In this document: positions 29,449 to 40,652 of the stretch, one piece after another | Layout of the letters: the number at the start of each line of letters is the position of its first letter | Position numbering within the stretch: position 1 is the first letter of the stretch | NCBI GenBank assembly: GCA_963792585.1 | Contig: CAWBWI010000002.1 | Span: forward strand, 320,001-384,000 | Direction of reading: 5' to 3' | DNA from: Candidatus Eiseniibacteriota bacterium | GTDB taxonomy: Bacteria; Eisenbacteria; RBG-16-71-46; CAIMUX01; VGJL01 | DNA: 64,000 nucleotides | Notes under the pieces: model-generated | What the model saw: the letters and a program-made list of their open reading frames with translations, nothing else | Database searches by the model: none | What the model was told of the DNA's origin: nothing | Program-made: the position numbers and the translations under genes

Positions 29449-32400
29449 ATGACCACTGAAGAAGCCTGCCGCGCCATCGAATCCGAGTTCTCCGTCGCGC
29501 TCGGGAATCCGGATCGCGTTGCCGTGGCTTGTGGAATCCTGCGGGAGGGGCTCCGTGGCGGGCTGGAGCCCGAGTCCCTCGTCCGCCTGACCCCTTTGCT
29601 CGAAAGGCGCTCCGGCGCGATCCTTCGACCACTCTTCGAGCTCTTCGAGGATGCGGTCCGAAGGGCATCGGATCCAGACCCGATCCTGATCGGCATGCTG
29701 GGAGTGAGGGACGGGGACCTGAGCCGCAGAGTCCTCGATCGGACCCTCGAGCTGGGGGAAACGGGTCGTGCCGAAGTCGGGGAGGACTTCGCCTCCAGGC
29801 TTGCCGAGACGGTCGAGAGGGAGGGAAGTCCCCTCGTCGACGCGAATTCCCTCGCGAAGATCGGTCGAATCCTGCGAATCGCCTCCTGGGTGGAGCCCCG
29901 GCCCGGCCTCGAGCCGTGTGTGGACCTGTACCTTCATGCCTCCACGCGCTCCGTGCGCCGACTTGCCGCGCGGCTACTCGACAACGAGGCTGCGCCGCCG
30001 CCGAAGCGGGTCGAGGCGATGCTCGGGCGCGAGGCGTACCGGTTCCTGGCCCCCTATCTGGCCTACGCGCAGGCAACCCATCTGGATCTCCTCGAACTCG
30101 CGGGAAACGGGCGTCTTTCCGATCATCTCCTTGAGGACTTGGCCTCTGCGGAGGTGATTCTCGGTGAGCGGCTCCTGCGTGAGGTGATCGTGGCGGCCGG
30201 CTGGGCCCGGCTGAATCTAGGCATCGAGGTGCGCGAACGGGTCGGGCTCAGCGTGGACGGCTCGTTCCCTTTGGCCCTCTCTCCTTCCGAAGCGAAGCTG
30301 ATCGAGTCTTGCGCGGGGGTTCGGCGGACCTGGCGGCGTTTCCTCGTCCTCGTCCATGGAGGTGGTGTCGGGGGAGAGACGCCCGGCGTTTCTGCGGACA
30401 GTCCCGTGCGCCGCTTTCGGGCCTACAACCTGGCGCATGCCGAGGCCCTAGGCGAGATCCTGAGTGTGGAGCCCCTTTCCAAGGAACGGATCGAGCGAAT
30501 CGTCACCCTGTCGGATCGCCTCGTGGAGGACTTCGTTTCCCTCTTCTCCGGATTCGACGAGGAGGCGGCAGACCTGCCGAGTGCCTACGCGCCGATGCGC
30601 CGGGCCGTGCTCGAGTCGGTCGCCGCGTACTCAGGCGGCGCGCCTCCGTCCAAACTGACCCGGCTCGTGCAGATGTTCGAGGACCCGCGATCGCTTACCG
30701 AGGTCCACACCCTGCACGGTTTGAAGCGCTACCTTCACCAGAAGGGACTGAAGCTCGGCTTTCGTCTCGTCGAGACGGGGCGCGCGACGAATCGGACCGT
30801 CGATCTCCTGCTCGTCGGATCCGAGAAGATCCAATCGATCGTACGGAAGATCCAGTACGTCGACTTCGAGCCGGATGAGGACGATGGAAACGAGGGGGCG
30901 CGTGTTCCGTATCCAGTCCAGATCGTCGCAGAGGGAATGGGACGACACATTCTCCACGACGCCACCTCCTTTCCGGACGTGAAGATCTTCTGCTATGGCA
31001 ATGAGGTCCACTACTACGCCTCCTACGGCACCCACCCCGCGTTCCTTCGGATTGACTTCGCTCCACCGGTTCGGGGAGGGATGATCGACCTTGAGTACTA
31101 CGGCGTGAGCAAGAATGACCTCGATCACCATCCGGCTCCTCAGCTCGATGCGATCCGGCTCTTCTTCCGGGGAATGGAATTCGACTGCACGGTTGCCCGC
31201 ACCCGGATCCATGCGCGCTACGACAAGGAGCGGGCGGGCGACCTCGGCGATCTCTGCGCGAAAGCCGAAGGACTCTTCCGACTCCTTCCCCTTCTCATGG
31301 ATATCGATTGGGTCATCGGCTCCCTCCATCTCGATGAGGAGGCGCGGGGAAAGGTGGCGGCCTCGTGGTGCGACTTCTTCCTTCGCTGGGGGGTCCTTCC
31401 GATCGAGCAGTTCCTGACAGCGGATCGACTCGGAATTCTCACGGGAGTCGCGCCCGATCCCGCCGGCGGGAATCCAATTGCCTGGTCGGGACGGGGAGCC
31501 TATCAGGACCGATTCTCATCGACCGCGCCCGCGCGTCTGGCGCTCGAGATGGTGAACGCTCTCGGGCGACATGGACTCTCCGAGGTCGTGCCGTTCGTGG
31601 ACACCGCCCCGCGATCCTTCGGCCAACTGACGCTTGAGAGGGACGTCCTTCGCCCGCTCCGGGATGCGGTCGCCCGCGGAGAGCTGCTCGAGGGGCCGGG
31701 CGGGCTCGAACCCGCCACGGGACGTTTCCGGCGCGACCATGAGGCCGAGAGGTTCGCGGCGCTCCTGCAGGAAGGCGGAGAGGGAATCGTCCTGGCAGCG
31801 GAACTCGCGCGGCTCATCGGAAGTATCGAACGGTCGATTCGGTTTCGTGCGACGGGAAATGTGAACGGGTACGAGGTCGCACGGGCTTGCCTGGAGCTTC
31901 GCGGCGAGACGGCGGCCGCCTATGTGCTGCGCGACCGAAGCGGGATGGCGCGGCTGGCCATCTTTGCCCGAGAGGGGCGGCTGTTCTCGTCGCGCGCATC
32001 CGACGGCGGCCTGTGGCGGTCCAATGGAACCATCGATGCTGTGCGGGTTGTCTCCCACCTCAGACGGGCGACCTACCTCTCCGCAGGGACCACAGTCGCG
32101 TCGCCGGAAGACGTCGACGCGCTGCGGGATCTCTTCGCGTCTCCGAACCCAATCCGCAGCGCCTCCCCGGTGCCGGGCGAACGCGTGCTCGCAGGGGTGC
32201 GAGCTGCGCCGGGGAGAGCCTCTGGACCGGCGGTCCTCGGGACGCTGGGCCGCACTCCCGCGGATCTCGAGGGGGCGATTCTCGTCTCCGCAAGCGTTCG
32301 TACCGATGACAACGCCTTCATCTATCACTCGGCCGGAATCGTCTCCACGGGCGGCGGAATCCTCAGCCACGCCGGTTTGCTCGCGCTGCAGTTCCAGAAA

Positions 32401-34437
32401 CCGGCACTCCTGATCGACGCGGGCTGGGATGAGGCAGGGCGCGCCCTGGTCTACCGCTCGGGGGAGTACGAAGAGGAGCGCTCCAGCAGGGGAGCATTCT
32501 CGTTTGCGGCGAGAAGGAACCTGCGCGAGCGGGAGGAGCGAATCGTCGACGGGGACATCCTCGAACTCGATGTCGAAGAGGGATTGCTCCGCAATCTGGG
32601 CAGGGAACCCGACGCCCTCGCCCTCCACGAGGGACTTCGTCAGATGAACCTGGCGGGTCGCTCGCAGTCCCAGGCGACCGGAGACGCGCAGTTGCTGGCC
32701 CTGCGCGGCCAACGCCTGCGGGCCCGTCATCAACTCGAGCGTCTCTTCCGCCGCCTGCGGGATCCGAATCTCGCCCGTCATGCCGTTCGCGAGCTGTTCA
32801 CCGGGTCGGCCTCGACGGGCGGCGCGCGCGGCGAGTGCGCGGCCCTGGTCGTGCTGCTGCTGGAGAATCGATCCGTGGCCGACGCGGCAAAGGACTGTGT
32901 GGCGGGCGTCCTTCGGGATCTGGAGGGGCGAGATCGGACATGTGTCGAAGAGGCCCGCACGCGCATCCCGATGACGACCGACCCCCATGAGGTCCTATCG
33001 CTCCGCCTCGATGCGACGCGTGCCCGAGAGCGTCTACGGGAGGCGCTCTCGATGGCGGCCGCGAGCGGGCTCGAGCAGGCATGGATTGGGGCCGGGGGAG
33101 AACCGTCGTCGGTGGATGCGATCGACGCTCTCGCGCGGGGCAGGTTGGATGCGATTCGGGAAGGTCTAATTCACGAGCTCAAGGCCGCGACCCTCGGACA
33201 TCTACGCAGGCACCTGCTGCGCAGGATCGGAACCCTCGACTCCGTGCTGGATGTTCCCGCGGCGGATGTGGGAGGACTCCTCGTCACCGCCCGTGAACTC
33301 CAAGCTGAAGAGAATCTGATGAAGGCCCGAATGGGAGACCGCGTGGTCCTAAGTGCCGGAGATGCGGGGCTCGAACTCGCGCCCCTGATCGGAATGAAGG
33401 CAGCGAACCTCTCCGAGATCGGCCGTGTCCTCGGTCCCGATGCGGTGCCCGACTGGTTCGTCGTCACGGATGCGGCGCTCGAGGCAATCCTCGATGTTCC
33501 GGTCGAAACAGAGGGGGGATCTCCTCGGCTGCGGGACGCGATCGACGAGATCCTCAGTCTCCCCGGGGCGAATGAGGTGCAAAAAGCCTCCCTGATACAC
33601 AAACTGTGGTCGAGCATCAAGATTCCGGAGCGGATCGAGAGGGCCGTCGCCGATGCCTACCGCCTCCTCGGGGCGCAGGATCCGCCGGAATCCGAGGAGG
33701 GCGCGGGCAGAACGCCGGTCGCCGTTCGCTCCTCCGGGCGGGAGGAGGACACGGAGAGAGTCGCGGGCGCAGGGGAGTTCGACACATTCCTCTTCGTGCG
33801 CGGGGAACGGGAGGTCCTCGACACCATACGGCGGGTCTGGAGCGGGCTCTGGAGCGAGCGCGCGATCCACAACCGCGCCGTCCTCGGGGCCACCGCGTTT
33901 GGATCGGGAGGTGGCGTTCTCGTGCAGAGGATCTGCTGGTCGAGGGTCTCGGGAGTTCTGACGACCATCAACGTGGGGGAGGGCCGGATGCGGGAGATGG
34001 TCGTCAACGGGGGGCTCGGACTCGGCGAGGGAATCGTCTCGGGAGAGGTTGGCGCTGATCAGGTCATCGTCGCGAAGGTAGAGGAGCCCGATGAGAGTCC
34101 CTTGCGCTTCCGCTATCTCACGAACGACAAACGGGAGAAAGTCGTTTTCGATCGCAGACGCGGACAGGGGACCGTTCGGGTCGAGACCCTGTACCATGAA
34201 CGCTTCCGGCCCGCCCTCGAGTACGTCGAGCTTTGCGAACTCGTCCGCGCCGCGACACGCCTCGAGCGCGTCTACGGCCATCCGCTCGACATCGAATTCG
34301 GAATCGAGGGTGACCGACTGCGGCTCCTACAGGCCCGCCCCGTGACCCGAACGGCGGCGATTCTGCGGGAGACGATCGACCGCCACCCCCTGTCCGCCCC
34401 CCGCACGGAGCGAGGCGAAGGGAAGGAGACACGATGA
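29449..34437 (+). CDS. Large dikinase-like protein: uncharacterised N-terminal region, phosphohistidine domain, C-terminal PPDK-type ATP-binding domain
   Basis: TGGGILSHAGLLA; IGMKAANL, VAVRSSGREED..AGEFDTFL, GLGEGIVSG, DIEFG..LLQARP; no pyruvate-binding barrel seen. Confidence 0.82.
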   Translation: MTTEEACRAIESEFSVALGNPDRVAVACGILREGLRGGLEPESLVRLTPLLERRSGAILRPLFELFEDAVRRASDPDPILIGMLGVRDGDLSRRVLDRTLELGETGRAEVGEDFASRLAETVEREGSPLVDANSLAKIGRILRIASWVEPRPGLEPCVDLYLHASTRSVRRLAARLLDNEAAPPPKRVEAMLGREAYRFLAPYLAYAQATHLDLLELAGNGRLSDHLLEDLASAEVILGERLLREVIVAAGWARLNLGIEVRERVGLSVDGSFPLALSPSEAKLIESCAGVRRTWRRFLVLVHGGGVGGETPGVSADSPVRRFRAYNLAHAEALGEILSVEPLSKERIERIVTLSDRLVEDFVSLFSGFDEEAADLPSAYAPMRRAVLESVAAYSGGAPPSKLTRLVQMFEDPRSLTEVHTLHGLKRYLHQKGLKLGFRLVETGRATNRTVDLLLVGSEKIQSIVRKIQYVDFEPDEDDGNEGARVPYPVQIVAEGMGRHILHDATSFPDVKIFCYGNEVHYYASYGTHPAFLRIDFAPPVRGGMIDLEYYGVSKNDLDHHPAPQLDAIRLFFRGMEFDCTVARTRIHARYDKERAGDLGDLCAKAEGLFRLLPLLMDIDWVIGSLHLDEEARGKVAASWCDFFLRWGVLPIEQFLTADRLGILTGVAPDPAGGNPIAWSGRGAYQDRFSSTAPARLALEMVNALGRHGLSEVVPFVDTAPRSFGQLTLERDVLRPLRDAVARGELLEGPGGLEPATGRFRRDHEAERFAALLQEGGEGIVLAAELARLIGSIERSIRFRATGNVNGYEVARACLELRGETAAAYVLRDRSGMARLAIFAREGRLFSSRASDGGLWRSNGTIDAVRVVSHLRRATYLSAGTTVASPEDVDALRDLFASPNPIRSASPVPGERVLAGVRAAPGRASGPAVLGTLGRTPADLEGAILVSASVRTDDNAFIYHSAGIVSTGGGILSHAGLLALQFQKPALLIDAGWDEAGRALVYRSGEYEEERSSRGAFSFAARRNLREREERIVDGDILELDVEEGLLRNLGREPDALALHEGLRQMNLAGRSQSQATGDAQLLALRGQRLRARHQLERLFRRLRDPNLARHAVRELFTGSASTGGARGECAALVVLLLENRSVADAAKDCVAGVLRDLEGRDRTCVEEARTRIPMTTDPHEVLSLRLDATRARERLREALSMAAASGLEQAWIGAGGEPSSVDAIDALARGRLDAIREGLIHELKAATLGHLRRHLLRRIGTLDSVLDVPAADVGGLLVTARELQAEENLMKARMGDRVVLSAGDAGLELAPLIGMKAANLSEIGRVLGPDAVPDWFVVTDAALEAILDVPVETEGGSPRLRDAIDEILSLPGANEVQKASLIHKLWSSIKIPERIERAVADAYRLLGAQDPPESEEGAGRTPVAVRSSGREEDTERVAGAGEFDTFLFVRGEREVLDTIRRVWSGLWSERAIHNRAVLGATAFGSGGGVLVQRICWSRVSGVLTTINVGEGRMREMVVNGGLGLGEGIVSGEVGADQVIVAKVEEPDESPLRFRYLTNDKREKVVFDRRRGQGTVRVETLYHERFRPALEYVELCELVRAATRLERVYGHPLDIEFGIEGDRLRLLQARPVTRTAAILRETIDRHPLSAPRTERGEGKETR

Positions 34438-36703
34438 TCCGTCGAGAGGAGTCGCTCGAGTACCATGGCGGCCTGCGTCCCGGGAAGATCGAGCTTCGCG
34501 CGATCAAGCCGTGCCTCTCCCCGCGAGAGATGCGCCTGGCATATCTTCCGGGTGCGGCGATTCCCGTCCGCCGCAGATCGCGGCCGACCCGAGAGCGGCC
34601 TTCCTCTACACGTCGCGCGGCAACCTCGTCGGGGTCGTGACGAACGGCTCGGCCGTTCCGGGCCTGGGAGATGTCGGGCCGATCGCGGCCAAGCCGATGC
34701 AGGAGGGGATCGCGATCCTCTTCAAGCGGCTCGCCGACATCGACGTCTTCGACCTGGAGCTCGACACGCGCGACCCCGACGCGCTTCGTGGAGACAGTCC
34801 GGATGCTGCGCCCCGACGTTCGGGGGGATCAACCTGAAGGACCTCGCGCGCCCCGGACGGGCTCCTGGCATCTACGACCGTCTCCGCGATGCGCTCGACA
34901 TCCCCGTCTTCCACGAGAACCTCTACAGCACGGCCGTCGTGGCGGCGGCGGCCCTCTCGAACGCGCTCGGAGCTGGTGGAGAAGGAGATCTGCCGCCGTC
35001 CGCGTGGTCATCTGCGGGGCCGGAACGGTCGGGATCGGCTGCGCCCGTTTGCTCCTTCGACTCGGCGTCGATCCGAGAACCTCCTCGTCTACGACGTACG
35101 CGGGCTCATCCATCCCGCAGCGGACGACCTCACCGAGTACCAGCGCGCCTTCGCCGCGGGGAGCGAGCGCGCGCGCGTTGGGCGAGGGTCTGCGGGGCGC
35201 GGACGTCTTCCTCGGCGCCTCCGCCGGCGGGGTCCTCACCCAGGAGATGGTCCGGCTCGATGGCCCGCTTCCCGATCGTCTTCGCGCTCGCGACGCCGGA
35301 GCCGGAGATCGGCTACGAGGAGGCGCGCGCGAGCCGTCGCGACGTGATCGTGGCGACGAGCCTCGGGGAGCACCCGAACGCGGTCGTCCGATCTTCTGAG
35401 CTTCCCCTACGTCTTCCGTGGCGCGCTCGACGTCCAGGCGACCCGGATCACCGAGGGAATGCTGCTGGCCGCGGCCCGCTCGCTCGCGGACCTTGCCCGC
35501 GAGGATGTCGTCGAGGAGGTGAGCCGCGCCTACGGCGACGAGCGTTTCAGCTTCGGTCCGGAGTACCTCCTCCCCAAACCCGATCGATCCGAGGATCCTC
35601 GTGCGGGAGTCAGCGGCCGTCGCGGCACAGGCGATCGCCGAAGGGGTGGCCCGGCGACCCCTGGAGATCGAGGCCTACCAGGAGAGCCTCGCGCGTCCGT
35701 CTCGGGACCGGCCGCGAGACGCATGCGTCAGCTGATCCTCAAGGCGCGGCAAGAGCGCAAGCGCGTCGTCTTCCCCGAGGGAACCAACGAGGACGATCCT
35801 GCGCGCCTGTCACATCCTCGAGGACGAGGGAATCGCGACCCCGATCCTGCTCGGGAGCGAGGACGAGGTCCGGTCCGAGATCGCAGCGGCTCGGCGTCGA
35901 CCTGGGCGGCATCACGATCGTCGATCCCGCCCGGAGCCCCCGTTACGAGGCCTATGTCGACGAGTACTTTCGACCTGCGGCGCCGCCGCGGGGTCACCGC
36001 CGCGTCGGCGCGGACTCACGCGGCTGCGGCCGGAGCACTTCGGCGCGCTGATGCTGCGCGGAGGAGACGCCGACATGATGATCTCCGGAGTCACGGCCCA
36101 CTACGTCGACTCGCTCCGGACGGTCCTCGAATGTGATCGGCACGGCGCCCGGTACCCGGCGCGTCTCGAGCCACTACATGGTCCTCCTCCCCAAGGAGGT
36201 CTACTTCCTCGCCGACTGCGCGGTGAACATCGATCCGGACGCGGAGGACCTCGCGGAGATCGCTTTGCTCGCGTCGCGGATGGTCCGTTCGCTGGGCATC
36301 GAGCCGCGGATCGCGATGCTCTCCTTCTCGAACTTCGGGAGCGTCGACCACCCGCATCGCCGTGCAGCGTCCGCCGGGCCACGGAGCGCGTGAAGGAGCG
36401 AGCCCCGGAACTCGTCGTCGATGGCGAGATGCAGCTCGCGACGGCCGTCGACGGCGACGATCCGGCAGCGCTTACTTCCCGTTCTCGGATCTGAAGAAGG
36501 ACGCCAACGTTCTCATCTTCCCCGACCTGCAGTCGGGAAACCTCGCCCTGCACCTGCTGCAGCACATGGGGGAGGCGGTGCTGGTCGGGCCCGTCCTGAT
36601 GGGGACCGCCCACCCCGTTCACCTGCTCCAGTACGGCAGCTCGGTCGAGAGCATCGTCAATCTGACGACGATGGGGATCGTCCAGGCCGCGGCGAAACGA
36701 TAG
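34434..36703 (+). CDS. maeB: NADP-dependent malic enzyme with PTA-like domain, many frameshifts
   Basis: [89 protein letters not shown] across frames. Confidence 0.85.
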
Positions 36704-36709
36704 TCCGGT

Positions 36710-36930
36710 GGGGTTCGCATAGACAAAGGCGGAGTTGCCGTCCGTCAGCTCCGTGCAGGTGGGGCTCGGCTCATAGGTGGCATTGTCCGAGAGCGTGATG
36801 CCGTCGGTGCCCCAATCGCGGACTCCGTCGGGGCCGATTCGGCATGCGTAGACGTCGAGATCGTCCCCCGCGCGGGTATCGGTGAAGATGATGACCGCAT
36901 GTCCCCGCGCGGACAACGCAACGCGTGCAG
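36710..36930 (-). pseudogene. Fragment of a secreted repeat protein
   Basis: IIFTDTRAGDDLDVYACRIGPDGVRDWGTDGI resembles the W.D.R.G..DIYAQR...G...W repeat; no complete gene. Confidence 0.45.
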
Positions 36931-36938
36931 GGAGCGCG

Positions 36939-38006
36939 TCAGCAGATGCGGGGCAGCTGTTCTCCGCTGAGCATCTCGATGATGCGGGAAGCTCCGATCC
37001 GGCTGCGCAGGACCGCTCGCCCGGAGGGGTTCGACTCGACCGTTCCGATCACCTCCGCCCCGGACGAGACCGGGACGGATCGGAGTGCGGTTATCGCACG
37101 TTCGGCGGCATCCTGGGGAACGAAACAGATGAAACGCCCTTCGTTCGCGACGAACATCGGGTCGAAGCCCAGGATTTCGCACGCCCCCCGCACCTCTTCC
37201 GGAATGGCGATCCGATCCTCGTCGACGCGGATCTGGAAGCGCGCCGTGCCCGCAATCTCCACCAGGGCGCTGGCGAGCCCGCCTCGCGTCAGGTCGCGCA
37301 TGCAGTGGACTTCGACCTTCTCCGCGAAGAGGCGCTCGACGCTTCGCGTGAGCGGAGCGCAGTCGGTCTCGAGCGTGCTCTCGAATGCCAGCCCCTCGCG
37401 GGCGGCCATGATCGCGATCCCGTGACGGCCGATGTCCCCACTCAGGATCACCGCGTCACCCGGTCGGACCCGATCGGGACCGACCGCACGATCGCGCGGC
37501 ACAACGCCGATCCCGGCGGTGTTGATGTACATACTATCCGCCTTGCCCCGATCGACGACCTTCGTGTCCCCCGTGACGATCGAGATGTCCGCCTCGGCAG
37601 CTGCCCCACGCATCGACTCGACCACCCTCCAGAGAGTCTCCATCGAGAGCCCCTCCTCGAGGATGAAGCCGGCGCTGAGGTAGCGCGGTCGCGCGCCGCA
37701 CATCGCGAGATCGTTGACGGTCCCGTGAACGGCGAGGGAACCGATATCGCCGCCGGGGAAGAACAGCGGCTGCACGACGTAGGAGTCGGTCGTGAAGGCC
37801 ATCCGCACCCCGTCCGCTTCGACCACGGCGCCGTCGTGTCGAGCCTCGAGTGCTGGATTGCGGAAGCTGGGGAGAAACATCCGCTCGATCAGCTGGTGGG
37901 TGAGTCTGCCCCCTCCGCCATGGGCCAGGAGAATCTGGGGATACTGTGCGATGGGGATCGGGCAGCCGAATCCCGAACCGGTGCCCTCGGGCCGCTCAAT
38001 GTTCAT
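36939..38006 (-). CDS. hypE: Hydrogenase maturation protein HypE
   Basis: [40 protein letters not shown]-terminal EQLPRIC. Confidence 0.97.
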   Translation of the reverse strand: MNIERPEGTGSGFGCPIPIAQYPQILLAHGGGGRLTHQLIERMFLPSFRNPALEARHDGAVVEADGVRMAFTTDSYVVQPLFFPGGDIGSLAVHGTVNDLAMCGARPRYLSAGFILEEGLSMETLWRVVESMRGAAAEADISIVTGDTKVVDRGKADSMYINTAGIGVVPRDRAVGPDRVRPGDAVILSGDIGRHGIAIMAAREGLAFESTLETDCAPLTRSVERLFAEKVEVHCMRDLTRGGLASALVEIAGTARFQIRVDEDRIAIPEEVRGACEILGFDPMFVANEGRFICFVPQDAAERAITALRSVPVSSGAEVIGTVESNPSGRAVLRSRIGASRIIEMLSGEQLPRIC

Positions 38007-39116
38007 GGGATCCCACCTCTCCCGATTCCGACTCGAGTCGACGATATCGGTAGTACGCCGCGCAGGCTCCCTCGGTCGAGACCATCGTCGCGCCAAGCGG
38101 CTGCTCGGGGGTGCATCGGGTTCCGAAGGCGGCGCATTCGAGCGGCTTGCGCACACCCCGAAGGATCTGGCCGCTGATGCACTCGGATGATTCCGCCTCC
38201 ACGATGCCCGCCACGCCGAATCGAGTCTCCGCATCGAGGTCTGCGTATTCCCCGCGCAGGCCGAGGCCGCTTTGGGCAATCTCCCCAACGCCACGCCACT
38301 TCCGCGGCACGACCCGGAAAACGCGGCGGATCGCTGCCTGGGCGGGAAGGTTGCCGTCACGACGTACGGCGCGCGCGTACTGGTTCTCCACCTCGGCGCG
38401 GCCTTCTTCGAGTTGCCGCAGACACATCAGGATCCCCTGCAGGATGTCCAGAGGTTCGAAGCCGGTCACAACGATTGGGATCGAATAGCGGCGCGCGATC
38501 GGTTCATATTCCTCGGTCCCCATGACCGTGCAGACGTGCCCGGCCGCCAGGAAACCCTGCACGCGATTGTCGGGGGAGGAGAGGATCGCCTCCATGGCGG
38601 GGGGACGAGCACGTGCGACACGAGGATAGAGAAGTTTGCCAGTCCCAGGCGGCGTGCCTGCTCGACCGCCATGGCGTTCGCCGGCGCCGTCGTCTCGAAG
38701 CCGACGGCAAAGAAGACGACTTCCCGCGCAGGGTTCTCCTGAGCCGTACGGACGGCGTCGAGCGGGGAGTAGACGATCCGCACGTCCCCACCTCCCGCCT
38801 TCACGCTGAGCAGATCGCGCCGGAGTCCGGGCACGCGCAGCATGTCTCCGAAGGAGCAGAAGATCACGTCGGGCCTAGAGGCGATTTCGAGCGCCTTCTC
38901 GATCGTCTCGAGAGGGGTGACGCAGACCGGGCAACCGGGGCCGTGGACGAGGGTCACGCGCGGCGGGAGCAGCTCGTCGATGCCGTACTTGACGATCGCG
39001 TGGGTCTGACCGCCGCAGATCTCCATCAGGGTCCAGTCACGGGTGACGAGCCCGCGGATTGCCTCCGCGAACCTCCGGGCGATCTCCGGATCGCGATACT
39101 CATCGATGAATTTCAT
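37996..39116 (-). CDS. hypD: Hydrogenase maturation protein HypD, frameshift in a homopolymer near 38600
   Basis: [53 protein letters not shown]. Confidence 0.95.
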
Positions 39117-39370
39117 GCGTCGGGGTCTGGCTCGAGATCCGCCAAATCCCCCATCTGCTGGAGGTAGCGGAACACCTCTTCCGCCTCTCTCTCATCGATG
39201 GTGCTCAGCGCGACCCCGACGTGAACCAGTACGTAATCCCCGACCTTCGCCTCCGGCACGCAGCCGAGGTGGACCGTCTTGGTGATCCCGCCGAAGCTGA
39301 CCTTTCCGGTCCGAAGTAGGGGATCATCGCCCTGGAGACTTTCGATCCTTCCCGGAACCGCCAAACACAT
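39113..39370 (-). CDS. hypC: Hydrogenase chaperone HypC
   Basis: [17 protein letters not shown]. Confidence 0.96.
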   Translation of the reverse strand: MCLAVPGRIESLQGDDPLLRTGKVSFGGITKTVHLGCVPEAKVGDYVLVHVGVALSTIDEREAEEVFRYLQQMGDLADLEPDPDA

Positions 39371-39549
39371 CCCAACCGTCTCCTCTCTCCCGCCCATGCC
39401 GCGCATCCCCGAGCCGATCATCGCGCATTTCAGGCCCGGATCATAGCCTGGGGGCGAGGTTCTCGCGGGGGGGGGGGGCCAGAGCCGACACAGAAGAATC
39501 CGGTCGGCCCCCGAGGCGATGGGAGCGTGCAACTCGGCGTACTCAAGAC

Positions 39550-39584
39550 AAAAAGAAGCGGACGGCCAGCGATGGCCGTCCGCT
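39550..39584 (-). terminator. Rho-independent terminator after the PEP-CTERM gene
   Basis: 12-bp stem AGCGGACGGCCA/TGGCCGTCCGCT followed by TCTTTTT on the minus strand. Confidence 0.85.
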
Positions 39585-39610
39585 CAGGAGAGTGATCGCG
39601 ATCGACGGTA

Positions 39611-40240
39611 TTAGGCGGAGGCCTTCTTCTTGCGCCTCGCGATTCCCGCACCCAGGAGCCCAACTCCGAGGAGGAGCATCGAGGCCGGCTCGGGAATAGG
39701 GGTCGTGAGCAAAATCTGGTTGTCGAGGTCATTGTTGGGATTGAGCAGCAATCCGCTGTCCGTGCCGGCATCGCCGAGCAACGCGTTGACGTCGTTGACA
39801 AGCGCCCCAGTGTACTGGAAGTTGCCGCTGGCCAGATTGTTCACGTTGTCGTAAATCGACTCCCACAACGCCAGGTTCAATGCGGTCGCCTTGTTGGCGG
39901 TATCCGCGACGGGCGCGTACTTGTTGTAGAGGTAAGCCGCGCGGTCGGCATTGGTGACGCCCCACGTGTTCCCGTTCGTACCCTGGGTCGCGAAGTCATA
40001 CTGTCCGGGAACCGTGATGAGGCCCGGGATGTCGACGCAATAGAGGGTATTCCAGGGGGCCCCATTCTGGTCAGGGGACTTGCTGTTGATGGCCCCTGTG
40101 AAACTCGTGTGCTGGACGTTGTAAAGGATGAACCCGGTCTCTTGGCCCAGACCCCAGTCAATATAAAGGGGCAATGCGGATGCCGGCTGGGCTGAAACCA
40201 GCAGTCCAAGTGCTATCACGACTAGTGCAATACGCTTCAT
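39611..40240 (-). CDS. PEP-CTERM sorting-domain protein
   Basis: Signal peptide; YCVD; ALWE; C-terminal IPEPASMLLLGVGLLGAGIARRKK. Confidence 0.93.
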   Translation of the reverse strand: MKRIALVVIALGLLVSAQPASALPLYIDWGLGQETGFILYNVQHTSFTGAINSKSPDQNGAPWNTLYCVDIPGLITVPGQYDFATQGTNGNTWGVTNADRAAYLYNKYAPVADTANKATALNLALWESIYDNVNNLASGNFQYTGALVNDVNALLGDAGTDSGLLLNPNNDLDNQILLTTPIPEPASMLLLGVGLLGAGIARRKKKASA

Positions 40241-40652
40241 GGCGATCTCTCCTCGCGAAGTAACAACAGACTAACTTTGGCTATGCATGCCATGCTCTCG
40301 TGGCATATATCCATTCTACATCAGCCCGGGGCTATGGCCAAGGGAAAATACGAATGGTGATCCGAGTCTGGAATGAACGAAACTTATGGTCCATACAGGA
40401 AATCGCCCATATCTTCATGCATCGCAATATGTTACGGCATTCAACATAATGTTGGACCAAAGTCCCATAGAAGGTGGGCTTTTTGACCCAACAAACACCC
40501 AGATCGACGTATTTCGTTCGTTTTCATGGATCAACTCGCTGGTCATCGGTATCGATGGAGTCTGTGCGGATTCGAGGGAACCTCCGCCCTCGGCCTTGCG
40601 TCTTCGCCTGCGAGGATGGAGCTTCGGGATGCATGGGGGAGATCGTCATTTC

